A DNA stretch of 63,785 bases, filler included, from Octopus bimaculoides (Eukaryota), in the NCBI RefSeq assembly GCF_001194135.2. It is 6 parts of 6 records of this genome, joined end to end, with 100 filler letters (N's around TTAATTAATTAA, not from the genome) between each part and the next. Parts side by side here need not be neighbours in the genome. Positions count along the whole stretch, not along the records: positions 61,565 to 63,785 come from NW_026371242.1; 5 more parts are not named here. The stretch is one strand, 5' to 3'. The translations under genes and the position numbers were made by a program. This document shows positions 63,281 through 63,785 of this stretch, piece after piece. Position 1 is the stretch's first letter, and every line of letters starts with the position of its first letter. Below the pieces are notes generated by a model, which worked only from the letters and a program-made list of their open reading frames with translations, had not been told where the DNA came from and ran no database searches.

Positions 63281-63785
63281 TATTATCTAATTATTGTTGA
63301 GGTACAATTTTAATGCATGCATTACCATTAAATGAGCTGTTCATGATGACGATGATAAGTACACAAGTATACCATAAGATATATAATAATCTTTTTTTTT
63401 AAATTAATGGAATTTATGACGATAATGCCAATAAAATCGCGCACGCAAGCACTTATACACACGTACTCAGTTGTATCAACAACCATAAATTTAATCTCAT
63501 GACAGACAAAATAGCATATAAAACATAATATAAATAAACATGAATTCACGTGCATTCCTAATTTACACAAAAACATTAAATTATGCGCATACATAGATTC
63601 ACTCCAACGCTTGCGTCGAAACCACTTGCCTCCCAACCAAATGACTCTGGGTTCATTCCCAAAACTGATACCTTATGCAAGTTGATTATCTCTAACTCCG
63701 CGTAGACCAAGACCTTTGCAGTTGATCCGGTAGACGGAAACTGAAACAAGCCTGTTGTTTACATGGGTATGTATATATATATATA

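Overview
Eukaryotic, AT-rich and microsatellite-dense genomic DNA; the repeat content resembles an Octopus genome (inference from tRNA-SINE types and repeat style). Five artificial 100-bp spacers (44 N + TTAATTAATTAA + 44 N) split the window into six contigs whose order and orientation are not guaranteed. Host genes recognised by manual translation at splice sites, none of them in the ORF track: (1) the last two exons of ENOSF1 (L-fuconate dehydratase, rTS) on + at 55128-55209 and 57890-57997. (2) A second ENOSF1 first coding exon only 1.5 kb downstream in the same contig (59494-59574), with the conserved DVRFPTS motif changed to VVRFLTS. (3) A matrix metalloproteinase catalytic-domain exon on + (61948-62048). 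(4) A probable signal-peptide exon on - (46701-46786). The rest is mostly mobile DNA: Tx1/L1-type ORF1 and ORF2 pieces, R4/Dong-like and RTE LINE pieces, Penelope-like elements with inverted ends and minimal hammerhead ribozyme motifs, a full-length decayed DD34D mariner, a Tc1/maT remnant, a Buster-type hAT transposase, a Helitron-like non-autonomous element, and at least four tRNA-derived SINE families, several with clear target-site duplications. Most long ORFs in the track are microsatellite or N-gap artefacts.
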